From a virus, in the IMG/VR virus record IMGVR_UViG_3300022848_000006: 64,000 nt of DNA. One strand, written 5' to 3'. Position 1 is the stretch's first letter. Each line of letters starts with the position of its first letter. Of this stretch, positions 37,487 to 46,519 are shown piece by piece. The notes under the pieces were generated by a model, which saw only the letters and a list, made by a program, of their open reading frames with translations, made no database searches and had not been told where the DNA came from. Both the position numbers and the translations under genes were made by a program.

Positions 37487-37823
37487 TTAAATCGTCGTCT
37501 TGAAACATTCCCCATTCTTCCATCTCTTCCACTGTTGGGTTGTAAGTTGGGCCGTACCTAGAGCTAGACTTTGTTTTTTCTACTTTGTGAGGTTCGATTG
37601 CTTTTACAAGGTCTTTTCTAAGCAATATTACTTCTTTTCTCAGGGCGTCTATCTCATAAGCTACACACTTAATAGCTTCAATTTGTTGACGAGCCTCTGA
37701 ATACTTATGTGCGTAAGGCAGTGCCCTATTGGGGCTTTGGCCTAAACCTCGTTGTGGCTCGGTATTAAAAACAAGAACAACAAGAATAATTACAGCAGCG
37801 ACCCAAAGTATTACTTTTTTCAT
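37470..37823 (-). CDS. Membrane-anchored hypothetical protein
   Basis: N-terminal TM segment. Confidence 0.5.
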   Translation of the reverse strand: MKKVILWVAAVIILVVLVFNTEPQRGLGQSPNRALPYAHKYSEARQQIEAIKCVAYEIDALRKEVILLRKDLVKAIEPHKVEKTKSSSRYGPTYNPTVEEMEEWGMFQDDDLIGNGG

Positions 37824-37974
37824 ATTAACTCCTTACCAGTACAAGCGATTCTCTAAAATTAGCTTTTCTTTCAATAAGCCCGACCCCTAGGTATTGATGC
37901 TTGATTTCTACTCTATACATATTTAATTATTGGCCTAGCACTCCATAGGCAATACCTCCATAAAAGTTAAGAAA

Positions 37975-38421
37975 CTAACCTCTTAGGCGATCAACGACAG
38001 CCTTTACATCTGTTCCCAAAACATTTTCTCCTGCAACTTTAAAGATCTTCATAGCCATCCCCATGGCCTGTCCATCGGACTTGGCCTTGAGTATTGGCTG
38101 AATTTCTTCGGCGTCACATCTAAGCAAAAATGATTCAATGTGTTCTTGGGTCATCGTCTCGGGCAGTAGACTTTGAAGCATACCAGACTGTCTTTTAAGC
38201 CTAGTGTGCCCCTCGTCGCCCTCTTCATAGAAAGCAAGAGCCTCTTCATTCTGCTTTAGATGCTTCCGAATGACCGTCTCTGCCCACTTGTCGTCGTCTT
38301 GACGTTTGTGGTCGGCCTCAACGTCGGCGATCACTAGACGAAGTATGTCCCTGCGAACAACGTCCTTCTCTTTAATTGCCGATATCAACAGTCGCTTCAT
38401 TACTTCTCTTAAAATGTCCAT
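37975..38421 (-). CDS. GatB/YqeY domain protein
   Basis: AIKEKDVVRRDILRL, LLPETMTQE, MGMAMK, GTDVKAVV. Confidence 0.8.
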   Translation of the reverse strand: MDILREVMKRLLISAIKEKDVVRRDILRLVIADVEADHKRQDDDKWAETVIRKHLKQNEEALAFYEEGDEGHTRLKRQSGMLQSLLPETMTQEHIESFLLRCDAEEIQPILKAKSDGQAMGMAMKIFKVAGENVLGTDVKAVVDRLRG

Positions 38422-38438
38422 CGTTTTTCCTTGGTAAG

Positions 38439-38512
38439 TAGGAGCAGCAGGACTCGAACCTGCGACCCTCTGGGTAAGAACCAGAAACTCTAGCCAACTG
38501 AGTTATGCTCCC
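38439..38512 (-). tRNA. tRNA-Lys(CTT)
   Basis: Full cloverleaf, TCTGG-TTCTTAC-CCAGA. Confidence 0.88.
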
Positions 38513-38724
38513 ATGTGGTCTTATTAGTTATTTAGAGACGCATGGTACAACCGACCAAGTCTTGCATACGTCTATGGGACAATTGGGATTTGAACCCAAC
38601 TCGGGAGCTTATGGCTCCCTAGTCTACTATATTTCCCGCGTTTCAGTCTATAGCCATCTACGCTTGTTTTGATAGACCCCTGTACAATTAAGTACTCAGA
38701 GCATTATCCTCTATGCTATTGTCC

Positions 38725-39051
38725 CTAAGTCTTGTAAATTTGACCAGTTTTAGTGTGCATTAGTTTCTGCTTTGTTCCCTTGCGTTGTTGCAAGAACACA
38801 AACTCTGGACATTCTTTGATTGTCTTACTGCTAGTAGTGTGAAAACCAAGTCGTCGCCCAAGTAGTGCAAAGTCGTCTTTGCCGATCTCACCAGAAGCCT
38901 CAATACCCACAGAACTGTGGACAAAGAAGTAATCGTCTGTATATCGTCGGTTCTCTTCGTTTAGCATTACCTGTTCTCTGCATTTGAAAACCAACTCGTT
39001 GACTTCTTCTAGGTCACCTTCGGTAGTCTTACAAAACATTGCAATACTCAT
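38725..39051 (-). CDS. Hypothetical protein
   Basis: RBS, coding strand. Confidence 0.5.
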   Translation of the reverse strand: MSIAMFCKTTEGDLEEVNELVFKCREQVMLNEENRRYTDDYFFVHSSVGIEASGEIGKDDFALLGRRLGFHTTSSKTIKECPEFVFLQQRKGTKQKLMHTKTGQIYKT

Positions 39052-39187
39052 CTTAATTCCTTTTGCTAGTGATTAAAAAGTGATTTACGACAGGCTGGTT
39101 GATCTTGATAATTTTTTGAGCAACCAATTTAACTAAAGCATAACACTCAGCCCAGCAATCGCCAAGGCTACTTTTGCACCCGTCAAG

Positions 39188-39262
39188 TACCCCTGGCAGA
39201 ACTCGAATCTGCAACCTGAAAATTAGAAGTTTTCTGCTCTAATCCAATTGAGCTACAAGGGC
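39188..39262 (-). tRNA. tRNA-Arg(TCT)
   Basis: Full cloverleaf, GAAAA-CTTCTAA-TTTTC. Confidence 0.9.
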
Positions 39263-39455
39263 GAAGTTTTAGTGTATAATAAGTATGACTCTTTTAAAAA
39301 ACTGAAACTATTCTATTCTTCTTAGTACTCCACGGGGGAATCGAACCCTAACCTCCATCTTGCTCAGTTGTGGTATGACCTTAGAAGGATCATGCAAGCT
39401 GCCGGAGAGCGTGTTGGTGAGGTTATTATACACCAACTTTATTCTTTGTCAAGGG

Positions 39456-39650
39456 CTATTTCAAGAAATAAAGTAAAAATAATCCCCAAAGGGCGATTGC
39501 CGAACTTACGACAAACTTAATAGCACAGAAAGCCCTACCCTCGTCTGTAAACTCTCCACCAATCGGATGCTCGTCATTAGCAAGGGCGACGAATCGAAAG
39601 ATAGACTTAATTAAACACATCGCTACCACCAGGATAATGAATGAGTTCAC
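39456..39650 (-). CDS. Small membrane protein
   Basis: Two TM segments. Confidence 0.45.
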   Translation of the reverse strand: MNSFIILVVAMCLIKSIFRFVALANDEHPIGGEFTDEGRAFCAIKFVVSSAIALWGLFLLYFLK

Positions 39651-40029
39651 GTTGTCACCTCTACCTGAACTTGCTTGAGTGCCGTGTTAAACAGGCTCTC
39701 GTGCGTCTTGTACTTATGACACCAAGCTTCATAGGCCAGGAACATGGCACGACTGACAACAGCAAGGGTCTCTACGTTTTCTGGAATCTTCATCGTGTTT
39801 CTCTGTGGGTGTTAGTGGGTGGGTCATTGTCTTACTCCCATATTATAGCACGCTTCGGCCTTCTGTCAACCACTATTCCTGAATTTTTCTTTTTAATTGC
39901 CCCGAGTCCTGATTTCCAACTATTTTCACTTTTTTGACGGATTTTGGTTGTCTACCCCTGTTTCAAACGCTATTATACTATGTAGTTTTTAAGTTCTATC
40001 CTTACTTACTAAGAATCAAAAGATTCAAC

Positions 40030-40240
40030 TCAGGGTCGACGGCGATACTAACTGACGTAGTATCGTTAGACCCAATAAGAATCAAATAGATTCTAGGGAG
40101 GATGGAGCTATCTTTTGGCTTTCGTCCAGCCATCTTCTGTCTCTGCTGAGACGCCCCAGGTCGCTCTCTGTGGCCCCTCGCTGAATATCGTGACTCAGAG
40201 CAGGCGAATCTCTCTGAGGCCCTTAGGAGCCGAACAGGCA
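40030..40240 (-). ncRNA. Unclassified highly structured GC-rich RNA
   Basis: At least six hairpins in an intergenic stretch. Confidence 0.45.
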
Positions 40241-40242
40241 CG

Positions 40243-40272
40243 AAAAAAGGCGAGACCATTACTGATCCCGCC
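40243..40272 (-). terminator. Intrinsic terminator
   Basis: GGCGGGATCA-GTAA-TGGTCTCGCC followed by T6. Confidence 0.7.
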
Positions 40273-40318
40273 TTAGCGTTAATTGAAGACCATTTGGTCG
40301 ATGTAGTCGCACTGTTCA

Positions 40319-40891
40319 TCAATTATCCCCATGATGATCCTCGGTAAAAATAGGTCGTTTGTCCATGATATTCTTAATGTCGTGAACCTCTAGTGGTGCA
40401 AATCTATTGGAGTCTACTCCAATGTCCATGCTCTTTCCTGGGTGCCAAGGTAGATTCCCATGACAATGCCCATACAGCATCCAAGCTCCACGTCCCATTT
40501 GATTCCAACTACGCATAGGATAGTGACACATAACGATTCTCTGCTTATGCACGTCGCCGAAGTCTACTTTAATCTCGTGGTAGTGCCGAGCCCAGACAAA
40601 GCGTTTGCTCGTGATCACTTCATCCCTGTCGTGGTTCCCAATAATAAGGAACTTTTGACCATTGAGGGCCGCTAGTATAGAGTTTGCTTTGTCTTGGTCT
40701 CTCTTGCCCCAGGTTAGAAATACGTCTCCCAAGTGATAGACAATGTCGCCCTTACCCACTGCCGCATTCCAGTTCTCCACAATCGTAGATATCATAGCAT
40801 CCATATTTACAAAAGGACGCTTAGAAAGCCTAATGATATTGTCGTGAAAGAAATGGGTGTCGCTGGTAAAGAAAGTTTTTTGCGTGCTCAT
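40319..40891 (-). CDS. Calcineurin-like phosphoesterase (phage type)
   Basis: FTSDTHFFH, YHLGD, IGNHD, CHYP, YGHCH, DIGVD. Confidence 0.88.
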   Translation of the reverse strand: MSTQKTFFTSDTHFFHDNIIRLSKRPFVNMDAMISTIVENWNAAVGKGDIVYHLGDVFLTWGKRDQDKANSILAALNGQKFLIIGNHDRDEVITSKRFVWARHYHEIKVDFGDVHKQRIVMCHYPMRSWNQMGRGAWMLYGHCHGNLPWHPGKSMDIGVDSNRFAPLEVHDIKNIMDKRPIFTEDHHGDN

Positions 40892-41622
40892 ATCTTAGTC
40901 GCTTCTTTGATTAGTTTGTAGTCATCTTCGTAAACAACTTTGATCATTTCGACCATGTGCTCATCTACCCAATTGAACCAGTTCTTGCCTAAGTCTTTTA
41001 GTTCAATGTGAGCAAACGCCGTGTCTCCATAGAACTCTTCATTTCTTTCTTCTAGAGCTTCCGTTACATTCAATTTACCAAAAGAAGCCCTAGGTAGACC
41101 ATGTCTGTTTGATAGGAAACCAAAAATCCTATTAAGGTCTTGATCAATATCAAAAACGTGGTCCCAAGCCCACTCTACTGGTTTGTATTGCTTTTTAAAG
41201 TGATGCTTGATATTAGGAGAGAAGAAACATCTGTCAAAGAAGTCTGTGTTCTCTGCGAGCTTACAGTCATGAATCATCGAGAGCATATTTCTCGTCGTCA
41301 TGTACGGGTAGGGCAAATGCTGAATGGCGAGACAACGATTAGTAATCGTAGAAACAAACCTCTTGACAGGATCTCTAACTAATTGGACTCTAAGGTAGTT
41401 AGTTGGATCTATTTCCACGTCTGTGATGTCTGGAAAAGCCGACTTGAAGTCTTTGTGAATATTTTCGCAGTCTATACCTACGGACTCCATGATGCCAGTC
41501 TTGATAGACGTACAGGCAGACTTGGGCGACCATCCTAAGATCATTTTTAATGGCTCGATAACTGATAAAATCATTTTCTTAGTACCTTTAGTTGTTGTAT
41601 TTTTGTGTTTATGTCTTTGCAC
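40888..41622 (-). CDS. Sulfotransferase family 2-like (likely start MILSV)
   Basis: WSPKSACTSIK, VRDPVKRFVS, HHFKKQ, YEDDY. Confidence 0.7.
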   Translation of the reverse strand: MQRHKHKNTTTKGTKKMILSVIEPLKMILGWSPKSACTSIKTGIMESVGIDCENIHKDFKSAFPDITDVEIDPTNYLRVQLVRDPVKRFVSTITNRCLAIQHLPYPYMTTRNMLSMIHDCKLAENTDFFDRCFFSPNIKHHFKKQYKPVEWAWDHVFDIDQDLNRIFGFLSNRHGLPRASFGKLNVTEALEERNEEFYGDTAFAHIELKDLGKNWFNWVDEHMVEMIKVVYEDDYKLIKEATKI

Positions 41623-42224
41623 ATAAAATGTACAAAGTTAGGAACAACTCTCTTTTGTTTAGATGAGCTGTTCCATCTGCCTTCTAGTCTAGTAAAGTCT
41701 TGAAAGTGCTTCCTTAGGACTTCCGCTATGTAGACTTCATCAGATATTTTTGAGTCATCTGAGTTTAACTCTGGATTTTCCCACATCTTACAAACTTCTC
41801 TGCCCAAGAACTTTAAAGCTTCGGGTTCTCCAATTATTAGTCCGCCATTGACGAAGTAGTCAGGGTCGAACATTGGGAATTTATCCCTACACAAAGTGTT
41901 CTGCCTTATTCCCCAGTGGGTATATCCAGCGGGCCTTCCTGCGATATTGTTGATTGGCAAATCAAATATATTTTCACTCTTCACTATCAAAATGTCACAA
42001 TCAAGATACATGATCTTTTCATAGTTGTCTGATATTCTTCCCATTGTCTCAAATTTTCTAACCCAATGAGACCTTCTGTTGTTTTTGCTATTATTGTAGT
42101 CGTCGGCGTTGTAAACTCTAAAGTCAGCACCCACAGACAAAGCGTAACTCGATATGTTTTCAATAGTCTCAGCCAGAACCAAAGAGTAACTTGGAGAACA
42201 TATTGTGTATATGAGATTCTTCAC
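41571..42224 (-). CDS. GT8-like glycosyltransferase
   Basis: YLDCDI, VNGGLI, SDEVYI, RWN, VHF. Confidence 0.7.
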   Translation of the reverse strand: MKNLIYTICSPSYSLVLAETIENISSYALSVGADFRVYNADDYNNSKNNRRSHWVRKFETMGRISDNYEKIMYLDCDILIVKSENIFDLPINNIAGRPAGYTHWGIRQNTLCRDKFPMFDPDYFVNGGLIIGEPEALKFLGREVCKMWENPELNSDDSKISDEVYIAEVLRKHFQDFTRLEGRWNSSSKQKRVVPNFVHFMCKDINTKIQQLKVLRK

Positions 42225-42442
42225 TTCTTGTACCTCTTGATGAACTTATCTAGGTCTTCTTCAACGTAGAGCCCATTGAGGATCTTCTCGTTAATGTCGT
42301 CATACTTCCTGTTTCTGGCTGTCTTTGTATCTACGAGAGACCCCTCTTCTACCCATATGTCAACAACCTTGTCTATCTTTTGTTGAATATTTATTACAAC
42401 ACCTCGATTGTGTAAAGCGGAACGGGTGGGAATCGAACCCAC
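42221..42442 (-). CDS. Hypothetical protein (annotated start overlaps tRNA T-arm; true start downstream)
   Basis: ORF begins inside tRNA-Ser. Confidence 0.35.
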   Translation of the reverse strand: MGSIPTRSALHNRGVVINIQQKIDKVVDIWVEEGSLVDTKTARNRKYDDINEKILNGLYVEEDLDKFIKRYKK

Positions 42443-42505
42443 AGACCTAATTAAAGGCCCTAGTTTTCCAGACTAGTGTGACCAACCAGTATTCACCTCC
42501 ATTCC
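42418..42505 (-). tRNA. tRNA-Ser(GGA)
   Basis: Full cloverleaf, CTAGT-CTGGAAA-ACTAG, long variable arm. Confidence 0.9.
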
Positions 42506-42509
42506 GAGG

Positions 42510-42890
42510 TTAACCGGATGGTGGGACTAGGTCTTCGCCAAGCTCTAAGATACCAGACTCTTCCACAAGTGGAGAGTTTGACCCCTTGGCGGTTTTCAAG
42601 ATCTTGTCCACTCCAAGAGCAATGGCTTCCTTGGTGCTAAGCGTTCTTAGCTTAGCTAGTCCTGACTCACGAAGTCTTTGTAGAGAGTCTGCTTCCGCCT
42701 CTGCTGCGGTCTCATAGATATCAAACGACACAACCTCAACAGATCCTTCTCCATGAGTCTTCTTAAAGAACTCAGAGTTAAGGAAGTTGTTTGCTTCAAC
42801 GTTTGACTTGAAATGTGACACCGGCTTCATAGTGCCGGGCTGTCTGTTTGAGGGTCTTTGTACAACCCAGTATCTTACTAAACTACTCAT
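42510..42890 (-). CDS. Hypothetical protein
   Basis: Coupled ORF. Confidence 0.5.
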   Translation of the reverse strand: MSSLVRYWVVQRPSNRQPGTMKPVSHFKSNVEANNFLNSEFFKKTHGEGSVEVVSFDIYETAAEAEADSLQRLRESGLAKLRTLSTKEAIALGVDKILKTAKGSNSPLVEESGILELGEDLVPPSG

Positions 42891-43078
42891 TTTCTATTCT
42901 CCAATTGTCTTTCTGTTTTGACCCATTCTAAAAATTGCTTTTGACCAAGCAAATCCCACCAATCGTGAAAAGCATAAGAATGCTCGTCATCGGTAAAAGT
43001 TAGCAAGGCTTGATGATCTGGTAGTTCAAAACGTACCTCGCGATCAATATCAGGACTGTATTTTTTATGATTTTTCAT
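42887..43078 (-). CDS. Hypothetical protein
   Basis: RBS, coupled ORF. Confidence 0.45.
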   Translation of the reverse strand: MKNHKKYSPDIDREVRFELPDHQALLTFTDDEHSYAFHDWWDLLGQKQFLEWVKTERQLENRK

Positions 43079-43445
43079 TTACTTCTCCAAATTGTGAGTA
43101 CCGGAATCGAACCGGTCCTGACCCTCAGGATGGGCCATTATATTATCCTCTAAACCCTACTCGCTGTCCATATCATCTGGCTCTTGTTGAGCCTCAAGAT
43201 TATTATAGCCAATAATCATAAAAAGATCAACTTAAATTTTCCACTTTGGCTTCCAATTCTCACAATAATTGTTTATGCAGGATTGCCATTTTCTATCAAA
43301 TCCGCAATCTAGTTTGTAATAATACAAGAACAGCAAACGAAAAGACTTGTCTTCATATCTAGACTGATACACTAAACTTTCTTTTGCCAGACATATGTGT
43401 AGCTCCTGTGATACGGATAACTACATATATTACACACCAAAAGTT

Positions 43446-44699
43446 TTAAGATTCTTGAGATTCCATATCTATTTCTCCAGAATCTAATTGCTTAGTTTCG
43501 TGAAGATAGAAATTGGGGGACTTTGCTTTTGCGAAATACTCGTTAACTCCATATTTCATCAAAACAACACCCTCATCACAAGGAGCCCCTTCGTCGAGAG
43601 GTAAGCAGTCTTTGAACCCACTCTTAAAGAAGCTTTTGTCCATATAATAATCGACATCTATATCTTCAAACAAACCTCGTTCCATTTCTGGGACATGATT
43701 AATACCGTTCTGTAGACAAAACTCTTTAACCTGATCCCAATGGAGATCTAGCCTCATCCCATCTTGATTGACGGTAGAAATCCTGTAAACATAAAGACGA
43801 TGTTCTCCCTTGGGGATGCAGTAAGAGTAGTTCTTTTGAATGGGTGAGTCTCCCGCCCATCCAACCAACTCCCCATATAGAATCCAATTCTTAGGGATCA
43901 CATGTTTAACTTTTTCCAGAGCTTCATTGTAGATATCCGCCTTGTAGTAAGACTGTGAAGCGTCCCTATATTTAACAACTTTACGAGAGCCAGCTACGCA
44001 CTTATACTCAGACTCTATAATTTGCACTCCACACCATTTTGCGAACCGGGCAAACCAAGGCAAAGACTTTGGTACTAGCACGTTAGCCAACCTAACGCTT
44101 GATCCGTGTAGCTTAGCTGAGACAAAACAGTAGTCGTCAGGCTTCCAAGCTTGTAGGTTCCTTAGAAGCTGTGGTGTCTCATGGTGTTCAGGCAAAAGTT
44201 TTGGATCTACTTTCTGAACTTTAGCTTGACCCTTAGTCTTGTTTGAATCACCCTTGGGACTAAGAACCTGTTTGATATACTTAGAAACAACCAAGTTTCC
44301 ATTAATATGGGTGAAAGAGTCTCCGACCTTGAGGTCATTAACGTTCACATCCAAGTATGAAAGGCATGATAAAGGAAGGAAAAGGGCGTTAGACACATGG
44401 CCGCGAAGCTTAATAGCTCGAACTCTAGCGTTGTCTCCAAGATAACCCTTAGCCTCTTTGTTGCGGTTCAACTCAGAGTGTGCATGAAGGTCGTTGTATG
44501 CAGCAAGGTCGAGGGCAAGCTGGCACTCAGTAGGAAACAAAATCCCTACATCGCCAACTTCATAAGTACCTCGCGACACCACTGCCTGCATACCAAAGTG
44601 AGAGATACCCACCAATCGATCTGCATTCTCAAGGTCGAGAAGGTTTCCAATTTTAACTACTACTGCTGAGTAGTTCTCGTTATCGTTTGTAAGTTTCAT
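43446..44699 (-). CDS. ATP-dependent RNA ligase (DRB0094/Rnl5-like, N-terminal OB domain)
   Basis: LENADRL, RVRAIKLRG, motif I SAKLHGSS, YGEL, EGVV, AKAKSPNF. Confidence 0.8.
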   Translation of the reverse strand: MKLTNDNENYSAVVVKIGNLLDLENADRLVGISHFGMQAVVSRGTYEVGDVGILFPTECQLALDLAAYNDLHAHSELNRNKEAKGYLGDNARVRAIKLRGHVSNALFLPLSCLSYLDVNVNDLKVGDSFTHINGNLVVSKYIKQVLSPKGDSNKTKGQAKVQKVDPKLLPEHHETPQLLRNLQAWKPDDYCFVSAKLHGSSVRLANVLVPKSLPWFARFAKWCGVQIIESEYKCVAGSRKVVKYRDASQSYYKADIYNEALEKVKHVIPKNWILYGELVGWAGDSPIQKNYSYCIPKGEHRLYVYRISTVNQDGMRLDLHWDQVKEFCLQNGINHVPEMERGLFEDIDVDYYMDKSFFKSGFKDCLPLDEGAPCDEGVVLMKYGVNEYFAKAKSPNFYLHETKQLDSGEIDMESQES

Positions 44700-44867
44700 G
44701 ATTAGGCCTCCAAAACCCAGTTACCAATTCCAAAAGCGATTGTTCCAAGTCCAAGCACAAGCACTCCAAAACCTGGAGACGCAAAGCCACAGTCTACTGC
44801 AACAATAAAAATTCCTACCACAATAATGGCCTTCTTTCATGTTTGTATTATACAGGAGGTCTGCATC

Positions 44868-45266
44868 TTATTCTACTGGCTCCGTATATGTTCCGAAAAA
44901 CTCTAGGTCAATACCAGCAGCGTTGAACTTGCGAATCAACTTACGCTCACGTTGTTTTCGTGTAATCTTTGTGTCATCGTTGACTGTGACGCAGTCTTCG
45001 GTAAACTTAGTGTTGCAAATAAAACCAGCTCCATTCTTCTCTGTTAGTGGAGAGATAACAGTACCAATGCCATCTGGTTCTCCACATCGCATAACTTTTT
45101 CATTACTGATCTTGCCGATCTGCTTAGCGGCAAAGCCAAGGCAACACATAAAGCCCTCTTCATTCAATAGTAAGGTGCTGCCCTCTCCTGTATGCAATCC
45201 TGGGGCTTCTTCTCCGGTTCGCCACTTGGAGCGATTGATTCTTACCTTCTTTGTAAATGTCTTCAT
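44868..45266 (-). CDS. Conserved phage hypothetical
   Basis: RSKWRTG...MCCLGF...ND. Confidence 0.55.
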   Translation of the reverse strand: MKTFTKKVRINRSKWRTGEEAPGLHTGEGSTLLLNEEGFMCCLGFAAKQIGKISNEKVMRCGEPDGIGTVISPLTEKNGAGFICNTKFTEDCVTVNDDTKITRKQRERKLIRKFNAAGIDLEFFGTYTEPVE

Positions 45267-45541
45267 TGCTTTTTACTCCATCGTTTTTTGTCTGCGGTTG
45301 ACGGTCCCTCTTCATAGCCAGTTTCATAACCCTTGACATAGATAGGGTCGATCTCTTGAAAGCTAATCTCTTGGATCTCGTCGTTGCGAGGTCTCTCTTT
45401 CGGGTCTGTCAACCAATCGATATCAGAGTCAAGATCTGCCCAGTTGTCAAACCGACCAGACTCTCTACCATGCTTAAAGCGACGGTTGTTTTCCATTTCT
45501 CCCATGTCTTCTGCTACTTCTGCACCCATGTTATTCTCCAA
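45263..45541 (-). CDS. Hypothetical protein
   Basis: Coupled ORF. Confidence 0.45.
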   Translation of the reverse strand: MENNMGAEVAEDMGEMENNRRFKHGRESGRFDNWADLDSDIDWLTDPKERPRNDEIQEISFQEIDPIYVKGYETGYEEGPSTADKKRWSKKQ

Positions 45542-46013
45542 TCATTTCAACTCTAAGGTCGGTTAACAAAAAGCCTAACCAATTCAGGCCCTTCCACTTG
45601 TTCATGTCCGTAATGTCTGGATCATCACCAGACATACCAACGCCCCAAATTTTATCATAGGGGCTAGCTTCTACTAACACTCTACCGGCGGTGCCTTCTA
45701 GCTCTAGTTTAAGCAGAACACTTTGGGCAAACTTTGCCTTTAGTCCAGCCTTAACAATTCCCCTCGCTACGCAGGCCCAGTCTGTCTCATCAAAGTTTTC
45801 AATAGACCTGCCCAACGCTTTCTGTTCTTTTGGATCTTTAACATCCATGACCTTTCTAGCTGTAGCTCTGTCCTTAAAAAACAAAGCCTTTTGAACCATC
45901 ATAAACTGCTCAACACAGTTAAACTCAATCAGTCTATCATCTAAAGTTGGAGCCGTAAATAAACAGCGATGCCAATTGCTAAACGGCCCGCCCCAAAATG
46001 GTAATACCTTCAT
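45531..46013 (-). CDS. NADAR (YbiA-like) protein
   Basis: FSNW, EQFMMVQKA, QKALGR, KFAQ, VEASPYDKIWGVG, GLNWLG. Confidence 0.9.
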   Translation of the reverse strand: MKVLPFWGGPFSNWHRCLFTAPTLDDRLIEFNCVEQFMMVQKALFFKDRATARKVMDVKDPKEQKALGRSIENFDETDWACVARGIVKAGLKAKFAQSVLLKLELEGTAGRVLVEASPYDKIWGVGMSGDDPDITDMNKWKGLNWLGFLLTDLRVEMIGE

Positions 46014-46492
46014 GATTCCTCGCTTATTTGCTTTTTGTTTCTATCATAAATTTCAAACTCTCCACCCCAAAGATCGAGAGAAAAAAACTCGTCGTCATCT
46101 TCAAGGTATTGTTTTCCAAAAACTGATATGACTTTCTTTCGTAGATCATGCTCGAACTGTTCTGCATTGAAGCCGTTATATTCGTTATCGCCTCCCTCCA
46201 TTTCTGGGTAGAAGGACATAATGGCATACTCATTCTCGTGGTCCTGTGCCCACTCTTCTGATCTTCCGTCATCAATGGCGTCTTTGTAGTTTTGCCCCTT
46301 AGCGTTGAGATAAATACTATCAAATGCAACGCCATTAAAGCCCTTGCTTTTTAATTCTTTATACAAGGCCTCTGCTTTTGATCTTACGCTCATCTTTTTA
46401 TCATCCTTATTGCTTGTTCTTTGGTGGGCGTATCCTTCATGAATGTCCAACGCCGTGACTATATGTCTAAACTCTAACATTATCTCCCCCAA
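46010..46492 (-). CDS. Hypothetical protein
   Basis: Coupled ORF. Confidence 0.5.
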   Translation of the reverse strand: MGEIMLEFRHIVTALDIHEGYAHQRTSNKDDKKMSVRSKAEALYKELKSKGFNGVAFDSIYLNAKGQNYKDAIDDGRSEEWAQDHENEYAIMSFYPEMEGGDNEYNGFNAEQFEHDLRKKVISVFGKQYLEDDDEFFSLDLWGGEFEIYDRNKKQISEES

Positions 46493-46519
46493 AAGCAGAG
46501 GCCGAAACCTCTGCTGTGT

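Noticed and set aside
38575-38625. tRNA-Met-like gene
   Set aside because: Only a T-arm and a GGGAGC-CATAA-GCTCCC hairpin with a 5-nt loop; no matching 5' half.
40002-40322. 106-aa ORF
   Set aside because: Spans a terminator and a hairpin-dense region with atypical composition; more likely non-coding.
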